From Podarcis gaigeae (Eukaryota), in the NCBI GenBank assembly GCA_964106915.2, contig OZ066915.1: 64,000 nucleotides of DNA; one strand, 5' to 3'. The first letter of the stretch is position 1; each line of letters opens with the position of its first letter. Positions 51,544-63,823 of this stretch are shown piece by piece. The translations under genes and the position numbers were made by a program. The notes beneath the pieces were generated by a model. The model did not search any database. It saw nothing but the letters and a program-made list of their open reading frames with translations, and was not told the DNA's origin.

Positions 51544-53388
51544 GCTATTACTTCAGCCTCCACAGGGTTGAGTGGAGCCATTACGAAGGGTGGCCCGTGG
51601 CACGGTTCAATCTTAGGCCTCAGGACAGGAAATCAGTGAAAACTGATAGTCCTTGCAGCTGCTAAAGGGGAATTTGAATTGGTGGCCCCTGCTAGACACC
51701 TGGTTTTTAATGACACATTGTAATGTTGGGCCACTTCATAAGGAGTCAGGAGGATTCTGTTAATCAGGCCTCTATTTCTGTCCCCCCCCCGCCCACCTCC
51801 CCTTTCCCGCCCACCTCCCCTTTCCCCCCGTGTTCTTGACTTGGATCTGCAACCCCTAACTGAACGTGCAGGGGCAATCATGGACACTGAGCTACTTCTG
51901 AAGGTACTATTCTGTCCTATATTTACCCAAAGCTGCAGCTGGTTATTGCATCTCATTCCTTTCTGTAATCGTCAGATGGTGAACATGAAAGGAGGTAATC
52001 ACTTCTGCGCTTACTACCCAAATGCCTCAGTGTGGATCTACTATGTTTAAAATTCATGCTTTTATAGTATTGTATTAAATGGTATTTTGTTTAGAGTAAT
52101 GTTTTGTGGCCTGCCCTTTAAACCTCCAATGTATATGTCCAGTCATACTGAATACTATTAAGAGTTCTATAGGTCTAGAAGTGAATTCCAAGAGGCACAA
52201 ATTAACTTGCGTGGATCAGACCAATGTTCTATCTGGCTGATTAGATGTATGTTTTGGTTTTACATGTGAACCCAGCATCCTCAGCCATGCTTTGTTCAGC
52301 CACTCCACCCAAAATACTCACCCAGCCAACAAATTGTACAAGGCAAGAGCAGATAGGAACTGTATTCCAATAGCTTCTGGAGACTAGATTGGGGAGCCCC
52401 AGGCAACTATGGCCATGCTGGTTAGGGCTCTAGTCACGGCCGTCACATCCTCCCTGAAGCCCATAAAAGGCAAGGGAACCTGACTGAGCAGCTACCTCTT
52501 TGCCACGGCTTACACACTTGGAGCAGCAGGGAGAAAAAGGGATAATGGGGAAAGGAAATTAAAACCTCCCTGAAATTTCCCCACCCACTGCGCAACTCAG
52601 CTGCTCAGAAGAGAGTTGCAGTGACAAACAGTGGTTCTCTGTGCACTAAAAAGGTACCTGCTCCCTTCAAATGAAGAGGGATGGAAACAGGTCTGTGGCC
52701 AGAGAGGGGGAGCTGGGTATACCTGCTCCAGGCCTCGGAGGGCTAGTCGGCGGGGGGGTTATGCCAGGGGCCTGCCAGACTTGCGCTGTCATGCCAAGAA
52801 TGCCCTAGGTCTCCCAGTCAACTGGGGAGAGCCTCAGACAAGCTGTACATGGGCCTGGAGGGCAATGTTGGGAGCTGCCGATTCAGTCAAGAGATCAGTC
52901 TATCCATAGCATCAGATCCTTTGGATTCCTCTTAGTGCACAGAGAAAAAGGGCTCTTATGCCGAGTATTGTTATCCTACCTGATTCTGTGTTGTGTTAAC
53001 TGGTACCTCAGTATACTAGGGAAGAAAGTTGCTTGTAGTTCAAGCCTTCAGTATGTACTGCAGAGGATAGTGAGACTAAATTTAATGGTGGATCACATTC
53101 TAAGAACCTTTAAACCATCTTTTATGGTAGTATTTAGCTAGGAGCTAGGAGCAACAGGAGACATTCCCCTTAAGGCTGGATGCCTGCTGTGAAGCCTGAG
53201 GGGACCTCTAACTCTAAAAACTCCATCAGCAACAGGGACAACCACATGACGATGTACAGAGGATGTGCTTCTTTAACAGATGCTCTATTGCTGCTCTTAT
53301 GATTGCTTCCCAATTGAAAATGCTCCCTTTTGATAAATAAATCAACTGCCACTGTGCCAGCCTTTGTAGCAATCCTAAATGCAAAGTA

Positions 53389-53607
53389 CAGTGGTACCTC
53401 GGTTTAAGAACAGTCCTGTTTATGAAGGATTCAGTTTACGAACTACGCAAAACTGGAAGTAGTGTCCTGGTTTGCGAACTTTACCTCTAAGAACGGAATC
53501 CAAACGGTAGAAGGGCACCGGCAGCGGGAGGCCCCATTAGGGAAAGCATGCCTCAGTTTAAGAACTGACTTCTGGAACGGATTAAGTTTGTAAATCAAGG
53601 TACCACG
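53389..53607. mobile_element. Tc1/mariner-type MITE
   Basis: TA|CAGTGGTACCTCGG...CAAGGTACCACG; same family as 31622. Confidence 0.8.
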
Positions 53608-53933
53608 TTACTCTTGACCATCAATAATTTTCTTTCAGTTTTAACTGCTATCAGCTCACCAAGTAGGTCAAATCAACTAAGGACAATGACACCAAAATGT
53701 ATCTTCTTCCAAGGCCCAATAGGGAACTGCAGTTGATTGGTCTACTAAACTTCGAAGAGAGGAAACTCCCATCTCAGAATCAATGGGAAGCCTGAACTAC
53801 AGCTGGCCCATCACAAAGGTACTGCAAAGAACTACTAACAGCTACAGCTGGTCCTCCCAGAGGAAGGCTATTGCCTAACCGTAATAGTTGTTGCTACTAG
53901 AGGAATGAGGATACAGAAAAGATTTTATAACAT

Positions 53934-53939
53934 TTTATT
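53934..53939 (-). promoter_or_regulatory. Candidate poly(A) signal of HOOK2
   Basis: TTTATT on + (AATAAA on -), about 1.1 kb past the HOOK2 stop, at the end of an AT-rich UTR-like segment. Confidence 0.55.
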
Positions 53940-55032
53940 TGTAGTGTAAAGATTCTATAGACACATCCCACCCTCCCACATTGCATGTCAGGCTTCTGTC
54001 CAATAGAAAAATAAAGAGGCAGAGATACAAGATAGCTTTACAAAATGTATAATTTACAGCATTAAAACTATGAACTTTACTTTAAAAAAAAAAAGAATCA
54101 AAATTTGGAGAACATATTTTTAAAAGGATACTGCATCTTGCAATGTCTCTGAATATGATACTAACAGGGAGGGGAGAAAAAGAGTAGCACTTTAAAAAAA
54201 AACAAAACACCAGGCACTAAATATTGCCGTGAAGACAACACAGTTACAGATGTGCACACAAACTAGTTGGGCAGGACTGCAGGCTCTCTTCACCCCTAGG
54301 GTCTAAAGTCAATTTAGTGTTCATACGTTTTCATCAAATGGGGCTTTTTTGTACCAAGGCCCTGCCCCTTCTTAGAAGGGATTCTTAAGTCACTAAGAAA
54401 AGCTGTGCCATAATGTGCCTCAGGCAATGCAATCTGGCTCCTGAGGAACCAATGCTAGCTTTTTCAAGGAGTCAAAACTCCAAATGCAGGGCCACTATCA
54501 AAGCAGCCATCTCATCCTTATGCATTCATCACCACAAAAAATACCCAAGACTGAGGCCGATACCATAAGGGGCGATGTGAATGGCAGTAAAAATATTCCC
54601 TCCATACCCTCTGCAGATGACATCATTAGGTAAAGAACATTTTTAATTGGTGGGGAACAGGGCTATACAGAAACTATGTACAAAAGCAGAATTTTAAGAG
54701 GAAAGGTGGGTAAGGAACATGGTTGAAGGATACCTCTCCATCACCCAGGGTACTGCCATGCAACAGCTCCCAACTGCGGTGGAAGAGGGAACATGTAGGT
54801 CTGCAATGAATAGGGAAGATCCAGCTCCTTGCTGCTCAAGATTCCTCATTTTTTTAAAAACAAGCACTACAGTTGGGCATAGGAATAATCTTTAGTATCA
54901 GAGAATGAATTTCAACAATAAGGATAAAACGGGGGTTTCCAGAGGAAGTACCACTGCATAACAGGTATTCCGATTTCACTCCCCCCGGGAAGTGAGCATT
55001 CTCTAGAAGATCCACAGGACAGCTTTTCCAGA

Positions 55033-58000
55033 TCAGGACAACTGAGGTTTGTCTGTACCAACGTATCGAAGCAGCAAGGGTTGAGCTCGGTTCAGGTGGC
55101 CCCGTCGAGTATTGGTGGCCAATCTTTGCTGGGCCAAGAAGGACTGGACTGGTGTAGAGGTGGATGACCGCTCCTCTGTAGCTCGCTGGTGCAGCGCCAG
55201 GCCCTGCAGTGGGAAAGAAAAGAAACATTTGGCTTGTGCCAGCAGACTCTTGGATGGAGATGGAGGGTCTTCACTGTTCTTCCTCCATAGGGCTCTAACC
55301 AGGACAGTATGTGTCAGAAGACACAAAGGTCTGAATTCAAGAAGGCCATGTTCTGTGATCCAGACATATACAGGATCATCAAAATGATCTACTGTAAAGA
55401 GCCCAACTTCAGACATTTTACTCAGCAGTGTTTAGCAGCTGCAAAAGGTGTCTGGTACCAAAATAGTTAGAAAAAGTAAGAGATTCTCAGGATGTAAAGC
55501 TCCACAGCAGTTATTCATACTGTTCTCCTGCAAAGCAATGTGCCAACCTTCCCTCACACCCCTGCATCAGTACATGCACCTCTCTTTATGCCTAGTCCAA
55601 TTCAAACTCACCATGTTATACCAAGCAGTGATGATGAGTTTCTCTTCTTGTTCCTGCTGAGATTTTGTCTTCTCAAAATCCGACTAATGAGATGAAGCAC
55701 AGAGAGGAAAAAGGAGGTAAGTGGTCATGCTGCTAAACCCCAAGGCTGTGTGTGTTGGGGGGGATTATGGAAAACCCCAAGCTTATGCTGCCTAGGCCAA
55801 CCAAAACAGAGGGGAGATGAGAAGTGTACCTCTTCCTTTTATAGCTGTGCAGGTCCTCAGTCTACCAATTTGATCCCAAGTGAAAGCAAACAGAAAGAAA
55901 CTACCTGAGCTGCTAACAGGGTGGTCGAAACAGGCAACGCATGGCAAACCACTCATCTGAAATAATTTATATTGACTTTGGGAAGATACGGAATTAATGC
56001 ATTATACCCAGGACACCTGTAGCTTATGGGTAAGAGGGCTGCAGTGCGCACATCCTTGTTAATTTTGGAAACTTGTTATAATAAGTATTGCCCTGCTGGA
56101 TCAGGCCAGTGGCCCACCAGATGCCCTTGGGAAGCTGTGAGCAGGACCAGAGCACAACGTCAGTGTCCCTTCCTGCAGCTTCCAGCAACTGGTATTCAGA
56201 AGCGCATTCCTTCTACAGTGGAAGTAATTCATAGCCATCATGGTTAGTAACCGCTGATAGCCTAGTCCTCATTTAAAGCCATCAATGTTTGGTGGCCATT
56301 ACTGCCTCTCAATGGAGCAAATTCCATTGTTTAACTAGAGGGGCCTTTGGCCTAATCAGGCAGGCTCTTATGTAAAAAGCTGCAACCCTCATTCTCGGAC
56401 GAGGAAGAGGAGCTCACCTCCAGGTGGTTGATTTTCTTATCCTTTTCCTGCAGCTGGTTTTTCAAAGCCTGGATCTCCAGTGGAACTCCATGAGGCTGTT
56501 GCTTGGGATCCAGTTTCTTGATGACCTGTGAAAGAATAAAGAGAGATCTTCCATAATCACTTAGCTTTGGGAGGCCAAGACCATTTAGCTACTAGAGAGG
56601 CCCTGAAGCAACATTGCTGACTGAATCACATTGACCGCAGAAAAGTGTGTATGATCTACAAAGCCATTTAGTGAGGCTTTGTCAAAGTATGCCAATGCAG
56701 TGGCAAAAGGCACTGGAAAGATTTGACTTACTGTGCAGGCTTTGTCCATATAACGCTTGTATCGTTCCTCCATGGCTCTCATATCTTCATCTTTCTTCTT
56801 CAAAGACTGCTGCAGTTCATCAATCTTCTTGGCAGCTGTTGAGAAAGGCGGGGACATCAATGCTGTCCGGACCCCGAAATGTGGACGGGGGACAGATGGA
56901 GTAGCAAGAATCTTCACTCAATGCTCTACAAGGTCTTCTGATTTCTGGGTAGCCCATCCCATCCCATTCTGGTACCCAGCAAAGACTGGGCTTAGTCGAG
57001 ACTCCTAAAGCAATGGATCTGTCATCCACCCACTTACTGTTGCTGTCCACTTTTGGCTCCAATTCATCAAGGCATTCCTTCTTCTTCTGAAGCTCTGCAT
57101 GGGCCTCATGCAATTTCTCTCTGACCAGGAAACAGAAAGAGAAACAGAAGCTAGGCATGCAGGTGTCTTGAAGAATAAGGACCAGAAACCTGAAGGGCGT
57201 GGAACCAAAGCCCTGCTGTGTATTGTGTGACAGCATCAATATGTTGCTAAGTAGCACAGCTGGACCCATAACAACCCCAGATATGCATTCATCAAATGCA
57301 ACAAAGAAAACCAAGTGAGCTTTAGCCCTTTCCAACCCTGTCCCTCAAACTGAATTGAATCACTTACAGGTGCTCCTCCAGCTTCTTTTGTAGGAGAGAA
57401 GACTAAAAAAAGAGAGAAATGACTGCTTAGGATTTTTATTTTGTTTGCAGATCAATTAGCTAAGCTGCTGTTGTTATCATCTGACCACTAGAGTGAGTTG
57501 GTGCTATGTTCAGTATATTTTACACAGAATACTAAAACCTGTGTAGCTGTAGTGTACCCTGTACTCCTGAAGACCTCCTGCACTCAGGTTATGCATAAAT
57601 TTGCTGGTTTTGAAGGATTCATTCTGGGGGCACTAGGAGTTCAAGGTTTCAGTTCAGATTTGTCTTCAGGAGCTAGGAAAGTTAAACTGGGATGCTGCTG
57701 ACTCAGAAGCACTCTTAAAATGGAACAGAGAATCCCATTCAGTTCTGCAAACATGGTTGTCTATGCTGGCATGACAGGGGAGATAAAAATATCCAGTATA
57801 CAGTAAGTGAACTGAACACAGCCAGTGGCTCAACTCTACGGTCAATCCTACTGTCAATTAACAAGGCTGCAGTCTAAAAAAACAAAAGGTCTTTCTATAC
57901 TAGTTACTAATCCATTCATGCATTCAAACATCACACCCATCTTTTGCAGTAAAAGCCAAAGTCCCCTCCCTCCACCTGAGACCATTCAGGGTCTGTCACT

Positions 58001-61000
58001 CAAGTAGCATCAATAGATGTGTGCAATGCAAACGCATTTACTTTTCAAGATTTACTACAGCTTTTACTAGGTGTGCAAATGTTGGTTTACATTGCTCAAT
58101 GTCACTTCAACAGCATTTCTCTTTCACTTCCAGCTTAAAGGCTCTCAACCATTAGGAAGTTTTTCCTCTACTTCCTTTTCAATTATCCCAGTAGGGAAGC
58201 AACCTCCCTTTGGAAAATACTGAACCATAATTGTTTACAGACTTACTAATATACAAGACTCAAAGGGCAGTATCATGAACAGTTACTGATTGTGTACGAG
58301 ACAGCACATCTCCTAAGAGATGCTGGTACAGTTAACTACTTTGCACCAATTCAGAAACAAATCTAGACTGCTCCTACCTATTCAGATTATCAGAATGCCG
58401 TTTGGAACAGAAATTACCAATTCAAAACAGCACCTATGATTCCCAGCTTCCCTTATGCACTAAGAAAACTGAACTTGTGCTCCTCTAACTAAACCTTCAG
58501 AATACGCAGGCCCCTTAGCAGCTCTTGGCAGGTGAACCCAGAGCAGCCCCTTGTCTTTGACGCACCAAGAACGAAGCAAAGACAGAAGAGAAGCAACAAT
58601 GAGTTTGCAGTGGAGTAGGTTAGATGGTGGAAGCAACACAGAATGTGAAAGTACTTACAATGGCCTGGGCAGGACAGCCAGCAAGTCAGAAGGGAGAAAG
58701 AGAGGGCTGTTAGCATAGTGAGATTAGGGAAGTGAGGAGGAAAAGAGGTCTGGGCAGAAGGTAATGGTGATCATTAGAACAGGCCACAGGAGAGGGGACA
58801 CAAGGCTCTCAAACTGGGGCAAGACTACACTTACAGCCTGCGAGTTCTTGCCCTCCCTCCCCCAATAGGCAACAAGCCCATAAACCTGAGAAAAAAGGTT
58901 CTTAGCCAAATAGCACACCTTTCTCCAGCATAGCTACCATAAACTGCAATTTAGCAGCTCCTAAGACCCACAAGTGTAGCCTTATCGTGGAATTTGTATG
59001 TTCAAGGAATCTCTATCACCCACATTATAGCAATCCTGTCAAGCAGTAGTCAGTATCTGGGGATTAGCCCCACTTCTTTTTCATTGTTTCGAGCCCCAAG
59101 GTAATTTGGGAGGCTAAAAACTGCCTCTATACAGGCAGAGTTCCCCCACTTGGTACATAGAGAGCACACAATCCTAGACTAGATACTGCAACAAAGATCT
59201 CATGCAGCCCAGCACCTTTGTTTTGTCTTGGTTTTAAGTCTCCATTGCGAAACTGACAGGTGGGTTTATGCCACCAGTTCCCATTACTGCCACCCTGTAA
59301 GGAGGTCCGGATTCAGGCTGAGAGTAGAGACCACCAGCCCCTGTGAAAATCCACTTCAAAACCTCCCTGTGAGCCTGACTCTGACAAGGCCTCACACAAC
59401 CCTCTTTTCTCAAGCAAACTCACATCTTCTGCTTTGCTTCCTTGCTCCTGGAGGGCCCGTTGCAGCTCCTCTACTTGCACCTTGAGCTCAGTGATCTGTT
59501 GCTGGCTCAGTCTGGATAGAGAGAAGGGCAAATCTAATTAAAACAGGCAAGAGAAACCCAGCTGCAAGCAGCAACAAAGCCCACAGGACTGTCAGTACAG
59601 ATGGTGCCTAGAAAAAGGTACTGTAGTACACCTTCAAATGGCTCTGTTTATTTCTGAGCCAGGGCAATGAGAGGAGAAGGGAGCTTGCCCCTCACTAGTT
59701 AACAAAGATAAGCTAGGACAAAATTCTATTTTTAAAAATTGTTAGTTTAACATTCCTAGTAGATGATGCAAACAGTGTCTGAGCTCAAGGACACTCCCCA
59801 GTTGACCATGCAAACATGGTTTCACTTGATGGGCCAACAGTAAGAGTTTCCTCACTGGTTTTTAGAACAGGAGGTAGAATATTGCCTACCAGATAAGAGG
59901 AAGAACAGTGAATAAAAATAATCCAAATTACGGTAGAACTGCACATTTATTAGCTGGTCAAAGGTTAAGAGGGACTGGAGAAGGCAGGTTGGATCTCCTA
60001 AGACCAGTGGGGACAAACTGCAAACTTTCCAGCTTATTGGATACCTTTGCTGTGCCTCTAGCTGGTTCTTAGTACGGTTAGATTCCTCCAGCAGCCCCTG
60101 CAATTCAGTCTGCTGCAGCCGATAGGACAGCTCTTGTGCACATAACATCTTGTTCTCATGCTGCAGCCGCACAATGGTCTCCCTGGCCGCAACAAACACA
60201 GAATGTTACGATTATTAGCTGGGGCATTATCCAATGTTGTGGACCACCACCACTTCCCAGCCCAAACCCACCCACCCCCTGCTTCATGTGGGCCCATTCC
60301 TGACTCTTTCCCCCACTCCCAACCCTACAAGCTGTACTAAAAGGCTGAACAGCTCATAGAGAGTATCTGAAGAAGTGTGCATGCACACGAAAGCTCATAC
60401 CAAGAACTAACTTAGTTGGTCTTTAAGGTGCTACTGGAAGGAATTTTGTTTTGTTTTGACTATGGCAGACCAACATGGCTACCTATTTGTAGCTCATAGA
60501 GAGGATGCAATCTCTAGAACTGGGGGCCAAAGCAGAGCAATGCATATTGGGATAGACAGTATTCATAGAGATTACCGTGCTGTATTATCTAGCATATACA
60601 TTAGGAGGATTCACTTAGAGCCTGACCTTTTAAAGAATTCATCTCATGACTGTATAAAGCAGAAAACTGGGGTACAGGCTTAAGCAAACAAGCTGAAGTT
60701 GATCTTGGGATGACACCTGTTTCATCTACAATATCAGAAAAATAAATCCAGGATAGCACCCCACCACCACCACTTTCTCTTTATCACCAAAAGGACACCA
60801 GGGTAACATTGACTCCAACTTCTGGCTGATGGAAGTAATCAAGTATAATTATGAATAACAGCAAGTCCCCAATTTCAAATAGGCCCCATAGGCTTTTGCC
60901 TTTCTTCCTCCAAGACAGGATCCTCAAGGGGGCAAACTTTACTTGAGTTCTGCTGGCATGATCTCAGCTGCTAAGTTATCCACAGGAGAAGCAATTTCTT

Positions 61001-63823
61001 CTAGTATGGTATCTGCAGGGGGGGGGGGGGGAGAAACAGAAGGTACATTTATTTTTACTCTGGCTTTCTACGCAAAGGTGCAGGTGTTGTTGGAGGAGAG
61101 GAGCCGATCGGTCCCAAATACTACCTTGCTATAAAGCACAACCCTCTAAGATGGGATCACTCAAGCTTTTGGTGTCACTTGACCTAGCCAGGGCTGGACA
61201 ACTCATCTACCCTGAGTTGGAGCAATAAAAGTGCAGTTATGGGTCCCAGAAGTATTAAGCAAAACATGGTCCACACTGGCATCTATCACATCAGGAGAAA
61301 TGCATTTAAACAGGAGAAGAATGAAGGCTGAGAAAAGCCACACAAAGATGGGAGGTGAAACTGGTAACCTCACTTCAGGCAGCAGCCAACCATAATACAA
61401 TTCCCCTACAAGCTGGTTCAGGCAACCGAATGACAGACCAAGCACACACACTGGCTGTAGGCAAAGCTCTTGGAGACAGGTGTGTGAGATCCTATCAGGC
61501 TTAGCCTAAAATTTAATTTATATAATTTCTTTACCACCCTTCATTAAAAGAGATCCTAGGGTGATTTACATATCAGAACAATTAAGATCCCAAATCACAT
61601 AATAAACATTAATTAAAATAAAACAGTAAGAAAAGTTGTTCCGTATAGCTGCTCATAGAACTGTAGAGCTGGAAGGGACCACAAGGGTCATCTAGTTCAA
61701 CCCCTGCAATGCAGGAATCTTTTGCCCAACGTAGGGCTCAAATTCATGACCCTGAGATTAAGAGTCTCGTGCTCTACCGACGTGAGCTATCCATCCAGCT
61801 TATAAAAACAGTCCAATCCATTAAAATCCTACCCTCTCAGCCCTCCTGTGGCTTCCAAGGAAGCTAACAGATAAGGGAATCCCCCTGTCCGTGCCTGTAG
61901 AAAGTTCTTAAAAATGAAAACGACAGCATTTAATTCATTTATTTTTACTGCACCCTTCCATCCCAAATGGAATCTTCAGGTGTAAATAATCATAGTAAAA
62001 AATATAAAATACATTTGCAAAAAACAGCCATAACAACCAAAAAGGAATCGCAAAAATAGAAGCACAATGCTCAATCAGCAACTAAATCAAATTAAAGGAC
62101 ATTTCAATAAAATAAATGTCCAAACAATATGCTCTTAAATCAACACCTAAATGCACAAAGAAGGGACTAGTTGGTTTTCCTGCAACAAAAAATTATGGGC
62201 ACCAACACTGAGGTGGCCCTAGCCCCCCCCCCCCAGTTCATTTCAGATGGAACAAATCTCCTCTAGTGATTGCAGCAAGCAGGCAGCTCACTGTGGCTCT
62301 TCGGGTATTAACAAATGTTAAATGTAGTTGACTGCTAGTTCACTGTAACTCGAGTGCACTTGGCCCTGTCAACACAAAGACGTGTTCCTTTTCTCCTTAA
62401 CTTCCAATCTTTGTTCTGAGGCAGACTTTATTGGATTTCACTGGGGTGGGGAAGACTTCTGATACTCACCTGCTTGGTTTAGGAATTTCTGCTGCACCTG
62501 AGCACATCGCAGTTCTTCATTGGCTTCCCGTAAGGCATCCCGCTCTTCAATCAGCCTCTAAGGAAAAAGGGTCAGGAATCACTCCAAGGAAAGGACCACT
62601 TAAGCTATGGTGGGCTGATGCCTTATTGTATACTACATTGTCCAAGTAACAGAAACTAGATGCTACTCCTGCCAGATTTCCCTATTCTTGCCACAAGACT
62701 AGGAGTAGAGAATCTCAGGCCAAATGCAGCCTTCAAGGCTCTCTGACATTTGGGACTCGCCCCACATGCTCTCCAGGCCTGCTCTGTGCCCTCCTTTACC
62801 AGGCTGGAATGAGCCATTGAACTGTGATAATGGATGGGTAGATAAGTGGTGCATTTGTGTGCATATATAAAAAATCTGTATGGACAAACCTATATCTATA
62901 TACACCCACCCACCACCAAGCTTGAGCTTTTGCGCAGCCAGAATGTAGCCCTTTCAATGAAGAGAGAAGTCACATCCATTGCTTCACCCACTTCCCCCTT
63001 TGGCCCCTCCCACACTTGCATGCAACCTCCACAAGGCTGCCCATCAGAGGATGGGTCCTCAAGCTGAAAAAGCTGCCTCACTCCTGGACTAGGCCTTCAC
63101 CTGCAAGCCAAAGGAAAGACTCATCATCATCTTGTGGTACAAGTTCTGCATTACCTCTTTTTCTTTTACCAGGGCCTCAAACTTCTCCTTGAGGTTCTTG
63201 AACTCAAACTGCCATTTCTCCGCCTTCAAAGCCTCATCTGCATGTTTGCTGTGGAGCTCTTGCACCTGGAAGAGGGAAGAGTAGGAGTAGGGGTTTGCTG
63301 TGCTTATGATCTTTGCCCTCCTCTCCTGCTGCAAAGCAATCAGCAATGTTGCTTTTCATTACAGGTTGTCTTGAATCTATGTTTAGTATTGACGTCCTCC
63401 CAAACACCAAGAGTACAAGACTGTTTGAGACAACAGTTCTGCCTGCACAGCCACAGCACAGCTACAGCTACCAGGTCAATCCTGGTCAAATGGGTTTTGC
63501 CTTTCTGGCTCCAATGGTGCTCCAATCTGTCTTTAGGATTCCTTCAGGACAGAGTATTATTGCAAGTGCATTCTGAAGGCTGCAGTCTGCTCAAATGCAT
63601 TCTCTATTAACATCAACTCACCTGTCTCTTATGTGCCTCCAGCTGCACACGGACAGCATTCGCACGCCGAAGCTCCTCCTCCAGCTCACAAGTGCGCTGC
63701 ATGTAGACGGTGTTTCTTTCCTCAAGCAGCCGGACCTGCCGCCGCAGGTCACCCAGGTCTTCCAGCTTCTTCTTGTAGGAATCCACCATAGCCTCCAGCC
63801 GTCCCACCTTGTCTGAGGAGTGA
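55033..63823 (-). CDS. HOOK2: Protein Hook homolog 2, 3' coding exons (gene continues beyond the window end)
   Basis: Exons in transcript order: 63823-63622, 63265-63155, 62557-62470, 61012-60943, 60182-60045, 59511-59424, [58664-58659 microexon], 57402-57368, 57120-57038, 56835-56732, 56525-56418, 55683-55612, 55203-55033 (TGA). All phases are consistent. Coiled-coil peptides plus Hook motifs NLAAEIMPAEL, MEERYKRY, EEKLIITAWYNMG and QSFLAQQRLATNTRRG. Confidence 0.96.
58659..58664 (-). CDS. HOOK2: 6-nt in-frame microexon (GCC ATT = Ala-Ile) of HOOK2
   Basis: Minus strand reads gctaac...ctctctttctcccttctgacttgctggctgtcctgcccag|GCCATT|gtaagtac, inside a phase-0 intron between ...KAED and SSLLQKK... 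Confidence 0.85.
60363..60400 (+). ncRNA. Minimal type-I hammerhead ribozyme motif (putative)
   Basis: GUAU-CUGAAGA-A-[GUGUGC AU GCACAC]-GAAA-GC-UC^AUAC: conserved core boxes, stem I GUAU/AUAC, palindromic stem II and stem III. Confidence 0.65.
60364..60490 (+). mobile_element. Penelope-like element terminal fragment carrying a minimal hammerhead motif
   Basis: 127-bp insert flanked by a perfect 13-bp duplication AGCTCATAGAGAG (60351-60363, 60491-60503). Sequence ctgaagaagtgtgcatgcacacgaaagctca...ttagttggtctttaaggtgctac...cagaccaacatggctacc resembles reptile Penelope termini. Confidence 0.78.
61653..61796 (-). mobile_element. tRNA-Lys(CTT)-derived SINE with CR1 3' tail
   Basis: Minus-strand head gatagctcacgtcggtagagcacgagactcttaatctcagggtcatgaatttgagccctacgttgggc resembles tRNA-Lys-CTT and is fused to the CR1 terminus (ggtcccttccagctctacagttctatga). 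Confidence 0.82.

Noticed and set aside
61724-61796. tRNA-Lys(CTT) gene
   Set aside because: The T-loop/B-box is mutated (GAATTTGAG instead of GGTTCGAG), the D-arm has an insertion, and it is fused to a CR1 tail, so it is a SINE head.
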